Source of the DNA: Octopus sinensis
Lineage: Eukaryota
Assembly: GCF_006345805.1 (NCBI RefSeq)
Contig: NC_043000.1
Span: 11,718,001 to 11,782,000 of the forward strand
DNA length: 64,000 nt
Direction: 5' to 3'
Shown here: positions 22,803-35,839 of the stretch, piece by piece
Position numbering within the stretch: the stretch's first letter is position 1
Layout of the letters: each line of letters starts with the position of its first letter
Program-made: the position numbers and the translations under genes
The notes under the pieces: generated by a model
The model's input: only the letters and a program-made list of their open reading frames with translations
Databases searched by the model: none
What the model was told of the DNA's origin: nothing

Positions 22803-24350
22803 CAGTTGCGGCCAAAATGTTCAGAACGGCATTGTTTTCGTCAGAAAAGCAGGTACAATTTTTTATCAAAGTTGTTTTATATTCTATAAATTTCACAGAC
22901 AATAAATACGATATTATTTGTTATTGTTTGAGATTCTGGTGTAATTTGAGAGGATAATACAAAAGTTATGGATGATTTAGTGATTTACTGCAAAACCCAT
23001 GCCGGCCAAAATGATCAGAACGGTTGAAAAAATAACAAAATAATCAAAAATGAAAGAGAATACTGGAATTATTTAATGTTTAGCGTGAAGCCCTTTAGCT
23101 TCAATCACACTTTGACATCTTCGACTGCATGAGGAAATTAAATTTTCAATTTCTTGCTGGGTGATCTTATTTAATTTTCTTCCTGATGGGCATTTCATAA
23201 TTGCTCAGTTGTTTTAGGATTTCTGGCTTTCGAACGTTCTCCTAGAATATTCCACACATTTTCAATAAGATTGAGATCTGGGCTTTGAGCAGGCGAATCC
23301 ATAACAATAACCTTTTCAGCCTTGAGGAAGTTCATGACCACTTTAGCCTTGTGACATGGGGCATTGTCCTGCATGAATATGGGTGGTCGCTTAGTTGAAT
23401 TTCTCAGCACAGGCAAGACATGATCTTTTACAAGTTGTTTATAAACTCCTGCATTTTACTTTCCATGTAATCGCACCAAAGGGCCCACACCATGTCCAGA
23501 TATCATCCCCCAAACCATGACACTTCCTCCACTGAATTTAACACTAGTCTTAAGGCATTTAGTCGACAATTTTTCACCTACTTTTCGACGAACGTACATT
23601 TTCTCATCTGAGCCAAATAACATAAACTTAGATTCATTACTGAAATGCACCGTTTGCCACTTTTTTTGAGACCACAACACATGTTCGGTTGCAAAGGTAA
23701 GACGACACTTTTTATTCTTGGAGCTGATCAGTGGCTTCACTGCAGGTGCTCTTGCTTGTAGGTCATGTTCAACTAAACGACGAGACAGTTTTTCGAGATA
23801 AAGTTTTCTTCAGTACAATGCTCATTTCCCGAGAAACAGCAGCAGCAGTTTTAAATCTGTCCTTTTTAACCAACTTTACCATAGCACTATCTTCTCTCTT
23901 GGTCGTTTTTCTTGGCTTACCTGTAGACTTTCTTGCTTCACACGAACCACAATCATCGTAGACCTTAAGAATACCATGAACAACACTTTTTGACTTGGTA
24001 ACAATCTTTGCAATAGACCCAATACTTAAATTATCCTTCTTTTGAAGCTTAATAATCTGCTGACGAATTGGTAACGGAGTAAGTGGCATTATATAAACAA
24101 AGTACACTGCAGATATTCTTACTAACGTTTAGTAAACGAACCGTCAAGTAAACAAATTCAAAACATTAGAGTTCGCTGATTCAATATACTAAAACACGGA
24201 GTAAAAGCAACCGTTCTGATCATTTTGGCCGCCATGGGTTTTGCAGTAAACCACTAAATCATCCATGACTTTTGTATTATCCTCTCAAATTACACCAAAA
24301 TCTCAGACAATAACAAATAATATCGTATTTATTGTCTGTGAAAATTATAG
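22803..24350 (-). mobile_element. Tc1-family transposon with long IR/DR-type TIRs; right TIR truncated
   Basis: TA+CAGTTG start; TIR 22803-23026 with internal direct repeats CGGCCAAAATG(T/A)TCAGAACGG; 24208-24350 is its reverse complement. Confidence 0.93.
23073..24089 (-). pseudogene. Tc1 DD34E transposase, frameshifted
   Basis: N-terminal HTH and GKPRK hook; VHFSNESKF (first D mutated to N); GGSVMVWG; QDNAPCH...SPDLNLIENVW with 34 residues between D and E; split over three ORFs. Confidence 0.93.
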
Positions 24351-24351
24351 T

Positions 24352-24680
24352 TTGAGGCTTCAATGGGCCCAAAAGTACATGACGTTAAACTTGAGTTGTG
24401 TTCTGTTCACTGAAGAAACCAGGGCAACCTTTGAAGAACCTGACGGTCGGGCAAATGGTTGGGTCTATTTTGGAGATGAACGTCACCAACGCTTATGACA
24501 TCAACAACAGGGTGGAAGAGTCATGTTGTGGGCTGGCATCATTGGGGACAGACTTATTGGCCCAGTCAGGATGCCTGAAGAGGTTAAAGTGACCGCAGCC
24601 GCTTGCGGCAATCTTCTGAAGGAGGTCTTGGATCCCTGACTAGATGACATACTACTGTCACTTCAAAGGTATCTCATATT
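24352..24680 (+). pseudogene. Second IS630-Tc1-mariner transposase fragment (TRT/DD37E-like)
   Basis: RLQWAQKYM...VLFTEETRATFEEPDGRANGW...QQGGRVMLWAGIIGDRLIGP; in-frame stops. Subfamily call rests on motif recall. Confidence 0.75.
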
Positions 24681-24799
24681 ATGGCCACATATTATATTAC
24701 AGATAAATTCCTCTATTTATTTAATATCGAGGTTTCTTTCATTCTTTTGTTGTCTTACCATTACTATTAATATATGTGTGTGTTGTGTGTGTGTGTGTG

Positions 24800-25200
24800 T
24801 ATCATTTAATGTAAACTGTATCAAAATAAGAGCTCCGAAAAGCTTCTTCCCATTAAAACATGTGGTTAGGCAGGTTTTTATAAAGTGCCTTGTGTCTCCA
24901 AGCAATCTCCAAGCTCTGAGCACATGGTTTGTTCTATATGAAAATCAAGACGCTGGTGTATGAGAAACCACTTGAAAAAACCGAGGAGAATGTTGATGCA
25001 AAAATTGGAATGAAAAGACAAAGGGAAAAAGAAAAACGGAATAAGAAAAGAAAGAAAATTAGAGAAGCCATAATTAATGACCAGGTGTGTATGATAAACT
25101 CTGTCGTCAATGAGGCAGAAGTCATAGCAACGCTTCAAGATAACGTGACTGAAAAGAAAAATTACATCGGTTTATGCAAAGGTTGTGCAGGTAAGAAGTT
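24800..25200 (+). pseudogene. Decayed Penelope-like (Naiad-type) linker/GIY-YIG fragment
   Basis: QVCMINSVVNEAEV...KKNYIGLCKG resembles CLxxSVVYxAxV...YIGLCEG; upstream FFPLKHVVRQVF resembles FPxxHxLxKIF. Confidence 0.55.
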
Positions 25201-25240
25201 AAGTAAAACATACAAGGTGATTTGAATAAATAATAACGAA

Positions 25241-25398
25241 GCGCATGAGTGGCTGTGTGGTAAGTAGCTTTCTTACCAACCACATGGTTCCGGGTTCTGT
25301 CCCACTGCGTGACACATTGGGTAAGTGTCTTCTACTATGGCCTCGGACCGACCAAAGCCTTGTGAGTGGATTTGGTAGACGGAAACTGAAAGAAGCCC

Positions 25399-25467
<69 letters not shown>

Positions 25468-25703
25468 GTGTGTGTATATGTTTGTGTGTCTGTGTTTGTC
25501 CCCCCCAACATCGCTTGACAACCGATGATGGTGTGTTTACGTCCCCATATCTTAGCGGTTCGGTAAAAGAGACCGATAGAATAAGTACTAGGCTTACAAA
25601 GAATAAGTCCTGGGGTCGATTTGCTCGACTAAAGCCGGTGCTCCAGCATGGCCGCAGTCAAATGACTGAAACAAGTAAAAGAAAGAAAAGAAAAAGAAAG
25701 AAA
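25241..25703 (+). mobile_element. SINE family A, full length
   Basis: Consensus match; a diverged 3' half follows at ~25740-25950. Confidence 0.92.
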
Positions 25704-26296
25704 GCGAAAAGGTATTCTGTTACCTTATATCAGCTCATCATGTGTGTGTGTGTATGTTTCCCTTTCTGTTTGTGTTTGTCCCGAACCACCGCTTTACATC
25801 TCTGTAACTTAGTGGTTCGACAAAAGAGACTAACAGATTAAGTAGTAGGTTTTTGAAAAAAGTTCTAGGGGTCGATTTATTCAACTAAAAGTTCTTCAAG
25901 GCGGTGCCCCAGCATGGCAGCAGTCCAGTGACTGAAACAAGTAAAATATAAAATATTCCACTGTATTCTGGAGCGATAAAGTGTAAAATTGTAAAGAATT
26001 TCGTACTTTCTAAAGTTGGATAAAAACTGGCAAATTTTCAAATTTCTAAAAGTTACGTGGTCAGTGGAAATGTTGAATTATCACACATGAAAGCTGGAAA
26101 AACATTATATTCTCCAAAGGAAAGAATTTCTTTTATGAGCTAAACTAATTCACTGTAGCAATGTGAAAAATGCTGAAGAAATTTGATACTAACTTTGACA
26201 AAAGAAACGCAAAATTCTGAATTTCTTACACGTATGGATTCAGCGAATTAGTAAAATTTCACATTGAATAAAGAGAAAAAAAGTGTACGTATGTTA

Positions 26297-26489
26297 TGAA
26301 ACAAGTAAGAGAAAAGATAAATGATAATATATATGATAATATATATCTATGTGTATATGTATACTCAAATACTTACATACACATACGTACATACACAAAC
26401 ATATATAATATGTTAATATGTAAATGTAAGGATAAGCTAGATTAATATATAAAGTATATCAAATACATGAAATACAAGAAAATGTATAC
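26297..26489 (+). repeat. ~190-bp dispersed copy of 15166-15346
   Basis: Near-identical, with an extra ~12-bp tandem duplication. Confidence 0.9.
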
Positions 26490-26595
26490 CGTAAATCCTC
26501 GAGTATAATCCGCCCTTGAGTATAATACGCAGGGGATTTTTAGGGGGCTGTACCTCTGAAAAAACTAGACCTTGTGTATAATACGCATCCCTTCT
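26489..26595 (+). mobile_element. Tc2/pogo-like DNA transposon terminus
   Basis: TA+CCGTAAATCCTCGAGTATAATCCGC with three GTATAAT(C/A)CGC subterminal repeats; no partner TIR seen. Confidence 0.55.
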
Positions 26596-27346
26596 ATAAC
26601 TTGAGTCAAGGAGGTCTATATAACGTCCTTTGTTTGTGTTGGGATTTGAACTCTCTCGCTTGTGCATCAGAAATTTGAAGGCTATTTCCTGTTCATGGGT
26701 TGCACACGCAGGTCCACAAGTGACTAATTTTGATTGTCAATCTTGCAGTCATCCTAGAGCTTTCTGTTAACATATCCCTGCATGACCTGTTTATACGCAC
26801 TCATCCTTTTATCTGATTATATACAGGTATATATGTATTCTTTTCATTTGTGTCAATCATTAGGCTGCAGCCATGCTGGAGCAACTCTTTGACCATTGTA
26901 GTCGATGTAAACAATCACCCTAGTACATATTTCTTAAAGTTTGGTACTTATTCCATCAGTCTTTTTTTGACGCACCGTTAAGTTACGGGCACATTATCGA
27001 ACCTGCACCAGTTTTAAAGCGGTTCGAAACAAACACAGGTACAAAAACCTACACTGAATCATTCATACTACGCACGGCAGTGGGTACATGCTACTGGCAG
27101 ATCCCTTTAAGGCCCAAATGCACCTCTAGCATCCTCACTGCCGTTGTAGGATGACATTCCTCTGCTACTTATATATATTTGTGTTTTCAAATACAGTACG
27201 TCCATAAGAGGTATTATTTCCAGACGAAACCCGCGGTTAGTTTGCCATTTCACGACGTACTTGTATTAAATATGATACACATACGGCTGCAGATGTGTGT
27301 GTGTGTGTGCGTGCGTGTGTGTGTGCGTACGTGCGTGTGTGTGTGT

Positions 27347-27660
27347 GAAGATGTGTGGCTTAGTGGTGAGGGTGTTCGGCTCACGATCGCAAGGTCGTGA
27401 GTTCGATACCCAGCAACGCGTTGTGTTCTTGTGTAAAACACTTTATTTCACGTTGCTCCAGTCCACTCAGCTGACAAATGAGTAGTACCTGTAATTCAAA
27501 GGACCTGCCTTTTGACATCCTGTGCCACACTGAATCTGCCTGAGAACTACGCTAATGGTACACGTGTCAGTGGAGGGCTCAATTTGCGCATTAATTTCAC
27601 GAGCAAGCTATTCCGTTGATCGGATCAACAAAAACCTTCGTCGTCGTAACCGACGGAGTT
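27347..27660 (+). mobile_element. SINE family B2, full length
   Basis: A box TGGCTTAGTGG, B box GAGTTCGATACC; 3' tail shared with family B. Confidence 0.85.
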
Positions 27661-27687
27661 CTAGTTACACACACACACACACACACA

Positions 27688-27719
<32 letters not shown>

Positions 27720-27832
27720 AAAATCTTTACACAACATTGCTTTTCCACCTAATGTAGGTGTCACGTGTTTACATATTTCAATGAACATGTGACTGCTTTA
27801 AATACGATCGTGTCAGGGGAAGATCTTGAATA

Positions 27833-27877
<45 letters not shown>

Positions 27878-27926
27878 GTCTGTCTGTCTGTCTGCCTGTC
27901 TGTCTGTCTGCCTGTCTGCCTGTCTG

Positions 27927-27998
<72 letters not shown>
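27833..27998. repeat. (TATC)n/(TGTC)n/(TC)n microsatellite
   Basis: Direct reading. Confidence 0.95.
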
Positions 27999-27999
<1 letters not shown>

Positions 28000-28178
28000 T
28001 TATCCAGCTTGATTTCTTTTATAAGTGTCTTTCCCTTTTTGTCGATACTGACATATCCTTATATTATTACTCTAAATACTTAAATTTTATTCAGCTCTCA
28101 TTTTAATCACTTTGCACAAAAGCACTATTGTCACATATCTCAGACATCTACAGTTACAGCCCTCACATTATAACCCTC

Positions 28179-28256
28179 TTTTTGCTGATGAAGACATCAT
28201 GTGTCTCCATAGTACTATAAATGTTTGACTTCTAGAAACACGACGGCGTCCAGAGA
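28179..28256 (+). ncRNA. Type I hammerhead-like motif with expanded stem II
   Basis: TTTTTG CTGATGA AGA...TCTa GAAAC acgacggc GTC CAGAGA. Confidence 0.55.
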
Positions 28257-28424
28257 AATTAGGAAACACATTTATGTATATATTTATGTATTTATTCATT
28301 CGTTTGTCTTTTTCAATTTGTAGCTTGATTTCATTTTAAAGTGTTTCATTCTTTTGACTAAATAAAGAATTACGTTTTAATTGCGAAGTATTTTTTTCCA
28401 GATATTACTACGACAGCTCTGGTA

Positions 28425-28905
28425 CTGGTGTTTCTGTGAAAATGGTGGTGTCGATAAAGCGTCGACAACAGAAACATTTATAAAGGTGTTTAGGTAGTGT
28501 TAGTGATGACAATCGCAGCAGTATTGATAGGGGTGTTAGTAGTGGTGGTGTTTACGAAGACAATGGTAACTGTGTTCGTAAAATGTTTAGCGGTGGCGTT
28601 TACAGAGACGATGGTGGCAACATTCTTAGAAGTGTTAGTGATGGTGATTTCGGAAATAATAGCAGCAATGTTAATAAAGATATTTGTGGTGGCGTTCGAG
28701 GTGTTTGTGGTTGTGTTAGAGTTGGTGTTCATATCGGTGTTTGAGTTGGTGCTAGCGGTAGTGTTGGTGGTATGGTGGCGTTGGTGGTAGTGTTAGTGGT
28801 GGCGTTAGAGGTGGTGTTTGTAGTGATGTTTGAGGTGTTTGTGGTGGTTGTGGTTGATGTTAGCGATGGTGTTCGTGGTGATATTTGTAGTGGTGTTTGT
28901 GGTAA
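28425..28905. repeat. Degenerate GGT/GTT triplet low-complexity tract
   Basis: Direct reading; gives the V-rich and T-rich pseudo-ORFs. Confidence 0.8.
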
Positions 28906-28959
28906 CAAGGAAGGCGATGAAGTTTAGTGATTGTTTCCAGTGCCGTCTCAAGACATGGA

Positions 28960-29390
28960 CAGGACCAGATTAACCCCATGAAGGCCCTAAGCACTTTGGT
29001 GTTCCCATATATATGTAATCCAAAACATAAACAATCGTAAACCATAAAATAAATTCTTATTTTTCAAAACGAATCAAAACTAACAGTAAGATGGAAAATA
29101 ATGTTTATTTTTGTATATTTCCACTTTGTATATTTTTGTATACTTCCACTTTATTTAGATTTGAAAAGTTTTCTTTTTTTAATTGCAAAGTCTTTTATCA
29201 GATTCTCACTATGACACCATGAACACTTCGAAATTATATTTCCGATCATATAAAGCACTTTGAATATTAATTTAATAAGTTTAAAATGATTTCTTTTGTG
29301 TCGGAAACCATTTACCAATTCTGCGGTGCCTCACCTTCCCTTAATGTCCTAAGCACGTGCTTATTTTGCTCAGTGGTTAATCCAGCGCTG
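28960..29390. mobile_element. Old hAT-like MITE
   Basis: Imperfect 16-bp TIRs CAGGACCAGATTAACC / GGTTAATCCAGCGCTG; subterminal CCTAAGCAC twice; 8-bp flanks GACATGGA/GGCGCGGG differ only by transitions. Confidence 0.45.
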
Positions 29391-29924
29391 GGCGCGGGTA
29401 TAGTTGGGATCTATTTCTTTTATTACACACAAGGGGCTAGATACAGAACGATCCAATTACAAAACAAACATATACAAAGACAAACTCGGGGAACTTAAAA
29501 ATACAAAAGAAGATGAAATAAGAATAGAAAAACTTAAAAGAAACGAATGATAATATGAAAAGAGTATAAAATGAGGCGCAAGGCCCACTCGATCCCCGAA
29601 ATCGAATGGTTACATTTGGACAGTAAATTGGGATCTCAGTGGTCTAGGGGGTCAATTCTGGATTTGGTGAATGGACACTGAATGAAGCCTGTCACATAGG
29701 TGTCTTTGTGTCTGTGTTTGTCCCGCACCACCGCTTGGTAAGCGGTGTTGGTGTGTTTACACCCCAGTTATTTAGTGGATCGGCAAAAGGGGCCGATAGA
29801 ATAAGTACCAGGTTTTAAAAGAAATAAGTACTGGGTCACATTCATTCCACAAAAAAAAAAAAATGTTCAAGGAAGTGCCCCAGCATGGTAGCAATCTAGT
29901 GACTGAAACAAGTAAAATATCATA

Positions 29925-30301
29925 GGAGCACTGAGTCGGTTACGAAGACGGGAGTCCCAGCTGATACGATCAACGGAACAGCTTACTCGTGTAACTAATG
30001 TGCAGACACGTGTACCCTTAACGTAGTTCTCGGGGAGATTCAGCGTGATGCAGAGTGTGACAAGGCTGGCCCTTTGACATACTCTTTACTCTTTTACTTG
30101 TTTCAGTCATTTGACTGCGGCCATGCTGGAGCACCGCCTTTAGTCGAGCAAATCGACCCCGGGACTTATTCTTTGTAAGCCCAGTACTTATTTTATCGGT
30201 CTCTTTTGCCGAACCGCTTGGTGACGGGGACGTAAACACACCACCATCGGTTGTCAAGCAATGCTAGGGGGACAAACAACAGACTCACAAACATATACAC
30301 A

Positions 30302-30345
<44 letters not shown>

Positions 30346-30608
30346 GACAGGCTTCTTTCAGTTTCCGTCTACCAAATCCACTCACAAGGCATTGGTCGGC
30401 CCGGGGCTATAGCAGAAGACACTTGCCCAAGATGCCACACAGTGGGACTGAACCCGGAACCATGTGGTTGGTTAGCAAGCTACTTACCACACAGCCACTC
30501 CTACTCTTTTTTGCCAGCCGAGTGGACTGAAGGAGCGTGGCCGGGAATTGAACTCACGACCTTACGATCGTGTGCCGAATGTTCTAACCACTAAGCCACG
30601 TGGCTTCA
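29925..30608 (-). mobile_element. SINE family B2 split by a SINE A insertion
   Basis: Tail at 29925-30078, head at ~30510-30608. Confidence 0.8.
30088..30501 (-). mobile_element. SINE family A nested in B2
   Basis: Consensus match; flanking TACTCTTT at 30080-30087 and 30502-30509. Confidence 0.92.
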
Positions 30609-30985
30609 CTTAAATATTACAGATAACAGATAATGGCTATCTTAGCCGCTTGAAACGCAGGAATATAAAAATTTTACAAAAGGAAAAAAAAAACCAACAC
30701 AAAACAAATTCGTGTCCTAAAAGACAGTTACTCCAAAATTCGCCATTTTATAGAGCCACCACCATTACCACCAAAAAGTAAAAAAAAAAAAGAAAAGGAA
30801 AAAAGAGACAAAAGAAGTTGATTGTGGTGGGATTTGAACTCGGGGCGCAGAATGTAGGAACACAGTGTTTGTAGTGGTAATTGTGCTAGCGATGACATTT
30901 TAGTAACATGGGTAGTAGTGTTGGTGGTGATGGGGTTTAGTACTAGGATTACGAGTAGTATTAGTAATACGACTTTGTTAGAGAA

Positions 30986-31162
30986 GGCGGTGAGCTGGCA
31001 GTATCGTTAGCACGCTGGGCAAAATGCTTAGCATCTTAACGTTCTTAGTTCGAATTCCGCCGAGGTCGACTTTGCCTTTGAAGATCGATAAAATTAAGTA
31101 CCAGTTGAACACTGGCATCGATGCAATCAACTTAGCCCCTCCCCCAGACCGGCTGGCCTAGT
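30986..31162 (+). mobile_element. SINE family C (C2 variant)
   Basis: GGCGGTGAGCTGGCAG head; CCGCCGAGGTCGACTTTGCC. Confidence 0.8.
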
Positions 31163-31244
31163 GTTGTTGTTTAACCCCTGGTCAGCTCCAATCGAGTCAA
31201 GCAGACCGATAATAAAAGGCATTCTCACCATGATCCGCCACGTC

Positions 31245-31674
31245 GGCGATCTTTCGTCTCTAGTAGAACTTTCCGTCGATTTCCGTAAAAAATTTTTTTT
31301 TTTTTTTATATGGGCTTGCGGGAACTTTTGAAGTAATATACATACATATACACATACACCGAGTAAAAAATTTCAGTTATCTCTTTCTTTCACACATTAC
31401 TCTGTCTCTTCACACACACTAACAGAAGCACTTCACTTACACAACATACTGTCTGTCTCCCACACCCCATCAAACACACACACGCACACACACACACATG
31501 TCCATCAATGCTCCCATGCACGGTAACTTCAAAAGAACTTCCCTCGTCCTACAATCGCTTTTTCTTAGTCTCTTTCGCTCTCATTACTTCAAAAGTTCCC
31601 GCAAGCCCATATGTAAAAAAAAACATTTTTTTACGGAAATCGACGGAAAGGTCTACTAGAGACGAAAGATCGCC
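31245..31674. mobile_element. MITE with ~92-bp TIRs and 8-bp TSD (Merlin-like)
   Basis: TIR GGCGATCTTTCGTCTCTAGTAG.../...CTACTAGAGACGAAAGATCGCC; TSD GCCACGTC at 31237-31244 and 31675-31682. Confidence 0.88.
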
Positions 31675-31857
31675 GCCACGTCTTCTGAATAGTATGTGTC
31701 CTTACCTCCTTTATGTAAAATGAGGTACATTTGGCTAGCATTTCTAACAAGAGTTACCACGTAGGATTGAACCAACGAGCGATCCTCAACGAGGTTGCTC
31801 AATCTGCCCGAAATAGTAACCAAATCTTCCTAATATCACACGCCATCGAAATATTAA

Positions 31858-31892
<35 letters not shown>

Positions 31893-32103
31893 AATGCTAT
31901 AATACGTTCCCAGTAAGTAAAAGAAATGATGAGATGGTCACGGATGGATTGCCTTTGATCACAGATTTACTTGATCAGGTTTGACCTGGGGCGAAACAAC
32001 AACGATATTAACAACAACAACAACTAGATTGCGGATCCCTCGTTCGATATTTATGGTGACAGCGGTATGGGTGATAGAGGTGATGCGTGTAGTAGTAGTG
32101 GTG

Positions 32104-32139
<36 letters not shown>

Positions 32140-32342
32140 GCGGCAGCAGCAGCAGTGTCGGCGATGGTAAATCTAACTGGTTTACATCACACCACATACT
32201 CACCACCCAACCCATTACCCGTAGATAATTTCCGTCTTTATGTGTGTGTGTGTGTGTGTGCCTGTGTGCGAGTGTGTGTGTGTGTGTGTATGTATGTATG
32301 TCTCTATGTACACTCTACTCACTCACACACATACACATGCAT

Positions 32343-32374
<32 letters not shown>

Positions 32375-33216
32375 ACACCCTTCTTTGTAAGTTTCCTTCG
32401 CCCTCCACTACTCACTGCACACAGCCGGTTTAAACCAGCTCTATCATTAAAAACAACAAAACAAGCACAAATGTAAAAGCAATACCAAACTAAACAACAA
32501 CAACAACTTATTCCCTTTCTCTCTCTCTCTCTTTCTTTCTTTTATCTTTCTCTCCTCCCCCCTCTCTCTCTTTTTCTCTTTCTCTCTAACAGACAATGGC
32601 TGCTATTGTGTGTTTTCAGAGCAACGTTTCTTGTTCACGGCTACATGAAATACCGACTGAAAATGAGCCATTGTGGTCGTCTTCTACATGCTGGCTCGCC
32701 CTACTAGACATAGCAGTCAAATCTCATCCCAATTAACCCCTGTTGTCATACAAAAATAATTAATAAACACGATAATAATAAAAATCCATTTTAAAGTTCA
32801 AGATGCAATGTATCTCAAATCAATTCAGGATGGATGGTCACGGGTCGAAATTTTTTTATCATAAGTCTGTACAATCAGAGGGTGATCTGACGTTATGACT
32901 GGCCTTAAATATATACAAATAACTACTCTTAACAAGATCCTATGCTGTAATACTGAAACAGCACATCCTTGTTTCTGTTCGCCTCCCCCTCAACCGCTCT
33001 CTTTATCTCTCTTATCTAATTTCCCTTTTCTCGTTTCCCTTTCTCTTCTCTTTTCTTCATATCTATCTCTCTTTCCCCTTAATCCCTTCTATCATCCACG
33101 CCCAATATTTTACACGCAGACGTGGCTGTGTGGTTAAGAAGTTCGTTTTGCAACCACGTAGTTTCGAGTTCAGTCTTACTGGACGGTTACATAGTTTGCT
33201 AATAACACACACATAT

Positions 33217-33316
33217 NNNNNNNNNNNNNNNNNNNNNNNNNNNNNNNNNNNNNNNNNNNNNNNNNNNNNNNNNNNNNNNNNNNNNNNNNNNNNNNNNNNN
33301 NNNNNNNNNNNNNNNN
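33217..33316. other. Assembly gap (100 N)
   Basis: Run of 100 N. Confidence 1.
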
Positions 33317-33713
33317 TCTTTTATTCTTTTATTCTTTTATTCTTTAAGTTGTTCTAGTCATTTGACGGCAGCCATGCCTTAAAGGGATTTAAGTCGAAGA
33401 AATCGACTCCAGGACTTATTCTTTATAAGCCTAGTACTTATTCTATCGCTCTTTTTTGCCAAACCGCCATGTTACGGAGACGTAAACACTGAAATCGGTT
33501 GTCAAGCGATGGTGGGGCTTCTTTCAGTTTTCATGTACTAAATCCACTCACAAGGCTTTGGTCGGCTGGAGGCTATAATAGAAGAGACTTGCCCAAGGTG
33601 CCACGCAGTGGGACTGAACCTGGAACTATGTGGTTGGGAAACAAGCTTCTCACGCATGTGTGTATATGTGTATATACGTGTATATATTGATATATGTATA
33701 CGTATGTATGTAT

Positions 33714-33786
<73 letters not shown>

Positions 33787-34100
33787 GTATGTATGTATAT
33801 TTTACAAATTGACGTTAGGATTTATTCTTTGTAAGCCTAATACTTATTCTATCGGTCTCTTGATGAATTGCTAGGTTACGAGGACGTAAATACACCAACA
33901 TCGGCTGTCAAGCGATGGTTGCTGGACAAACAGACACACACAAATACACACACACATACACACACACACCACACACATATACGACGGGCCTCTTGGTCGG
34001 CCCGAGGCTGTAGTAGAAGACAGTGACCCAAGGTGTCACGCAGTGGGACTGAGCCTGGAACCATGTTCTTGGATAGAAACTTTCTTACTACGCAACCACC
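33317..34100 (-). mobile_element. Two diverged SINE A copies (33317-33650, 33820-34100)
   Basis: Both match the reverse complement of family A. Confidence 0.8.
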
Positions 34101-35199
34101 CTGCGTCTAGGTATATATATAGATACACTAACAGAAATACCCATCGTTGACTGGGTTCAGAAAGAGTCTTCAAAAATTATACCCTGATTTATGAAAGTTA
34201 CTGCTTCGATATTATTGAATGTTTCGTAGCGGAATATCCGCAAGCTCTTATTGCTAGGTTTCGGCCCAAAAAGTTTTCATGTTTTACCAATGGGTCTGCT
34301 GTTAGTCAGTCTCTTCGGCGCTTTTTCTTTTCCTACACTGAGATTGCTTAGTCAAAATCTTATTTGGAGACCTTTCGAGCTACTTGACCTGAAGAAAATT
34401 CTAGTTGGGCGCCACCTGCAATGTCATGTACTATTTATCTTGGTATAAGGTCACTATGTCACGCACATATGGTTATGATGTATGTGCCGGGTGTATCTAT
34501 ATCAGACGGGTAGTCCTGATGGGTATATTAGGCTTCGTATATTCGTGCCCCAGCGTATGCTGCTCTCTCACTCAATAATTTATACACAATCGCTTTGCTT
34601 ATTATTCTCGGTCCATAAATCGCATTTCTAGGACAAAAGGCGAGGACATCTGTTGGAAACAATTAATTCCATCATAATTTTCAACATACAAATTTCCTTT
34701 AATGAAATGAAACTACATCATTTTTAATATGACAACGAAAGTACAGAAAATATAAGCGAAATACACAGAATTTATCGTATTGAATGATTTTCTTCGTAAC
34801 ATTGACATCTGCTGAGATTAAAAGAGATACTTTGAAGAACTGCAAAGTTTAGGACTGATCATTGCATACAGACTTGATCGTCGAGTGACACACTTTTGCC
34901 AAGTGTTGGATGCACTGGTTTCTCTATGTATAGTTAAAGTGGCCAATGAAATAGATTATCCCATTGAGAATACACCCGATGTTGAAGAACTGGAAGGCCT
35001 ATTGGGTTATTTCAATTGCACCCATGTGTCGGTTGTTTGTCGTATTCTTGCACAAGAATTTCTCCCCTGTTTCTCCCGCAGACAAATAATCGTATTTTAC
35101 TTGTATCTCCTCAGGGCCTTGGTTAATGATTCCCACAAAGAATGTTACAAAGAACTTTAAGAACAACGGTTAAAAGACTAAAGTATCATTTTAAATCCT

Positions 35200-35431
35200 C
35201 TTTCTCTTGCTTCGGTCATCGGACTGTAGCCATGCTAGGGCACCACCTTGTAGGCTCTAGTCGAGCAAACTGACCCCACTGCTCGCCTCCAGTACTTATC
35301 TTAAATATGGTACATCTATCGGTCTCCTTTAGCAAATTGCTAAGTTACGGGGACGTAAACAAGCCAACGCCGATTGACAAGCGGTGGTGGGGCGAGGGAC
35401 AAACACATATTCGGAGACACACACACATCTG

Positions 35432-35476
<45 letters not shown>

Positions 35477-35513
35477 GTATGTATGTATCTATCTATCTAT
35501 CTATCTATCTATG

Positions 35514-35552
<39 letters not shown>

Positions 35553-35553
35553 A

Positions 35554-35596
<43 letters not shown>

Positions 35597-35804
35597 ATAG
35601 TTAATCCAAACAAGAAAACACAAAAAGACACAACAGCGCGAGGACGTGGAACAAATATAGTATTACTGGACGCTCGGAAAAGAAGGGAAGAAGGAGGGTT
35701 TAACGTTTCGAGCGGAGCTCTTTGTCGGAAACATGGGAGAAGGAAAGATCCCGAGAAGGGAAGACAGAGGAAAAAACGCCAACGGTACACACGAGGTCAC
35801 ATAT

Positions 35805-35839
<35 letters not shown>

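Noticed and set aside
28490-28790. Hydrophobic V-rich and mucin-like T-rich ORFs (also 44461-44739, 49582-49965, 55458-55718)
   Set aside because: Degenerate trinucleotide repeats open on both strands; no splice or homology evidence.
34750-35170. Possible RLE-type LINE remnant on the minus strand (SADVNVTKKI)
   Set aside because: Only one short motif resemblance amid stops and frameshifts; needs TBLASTX.
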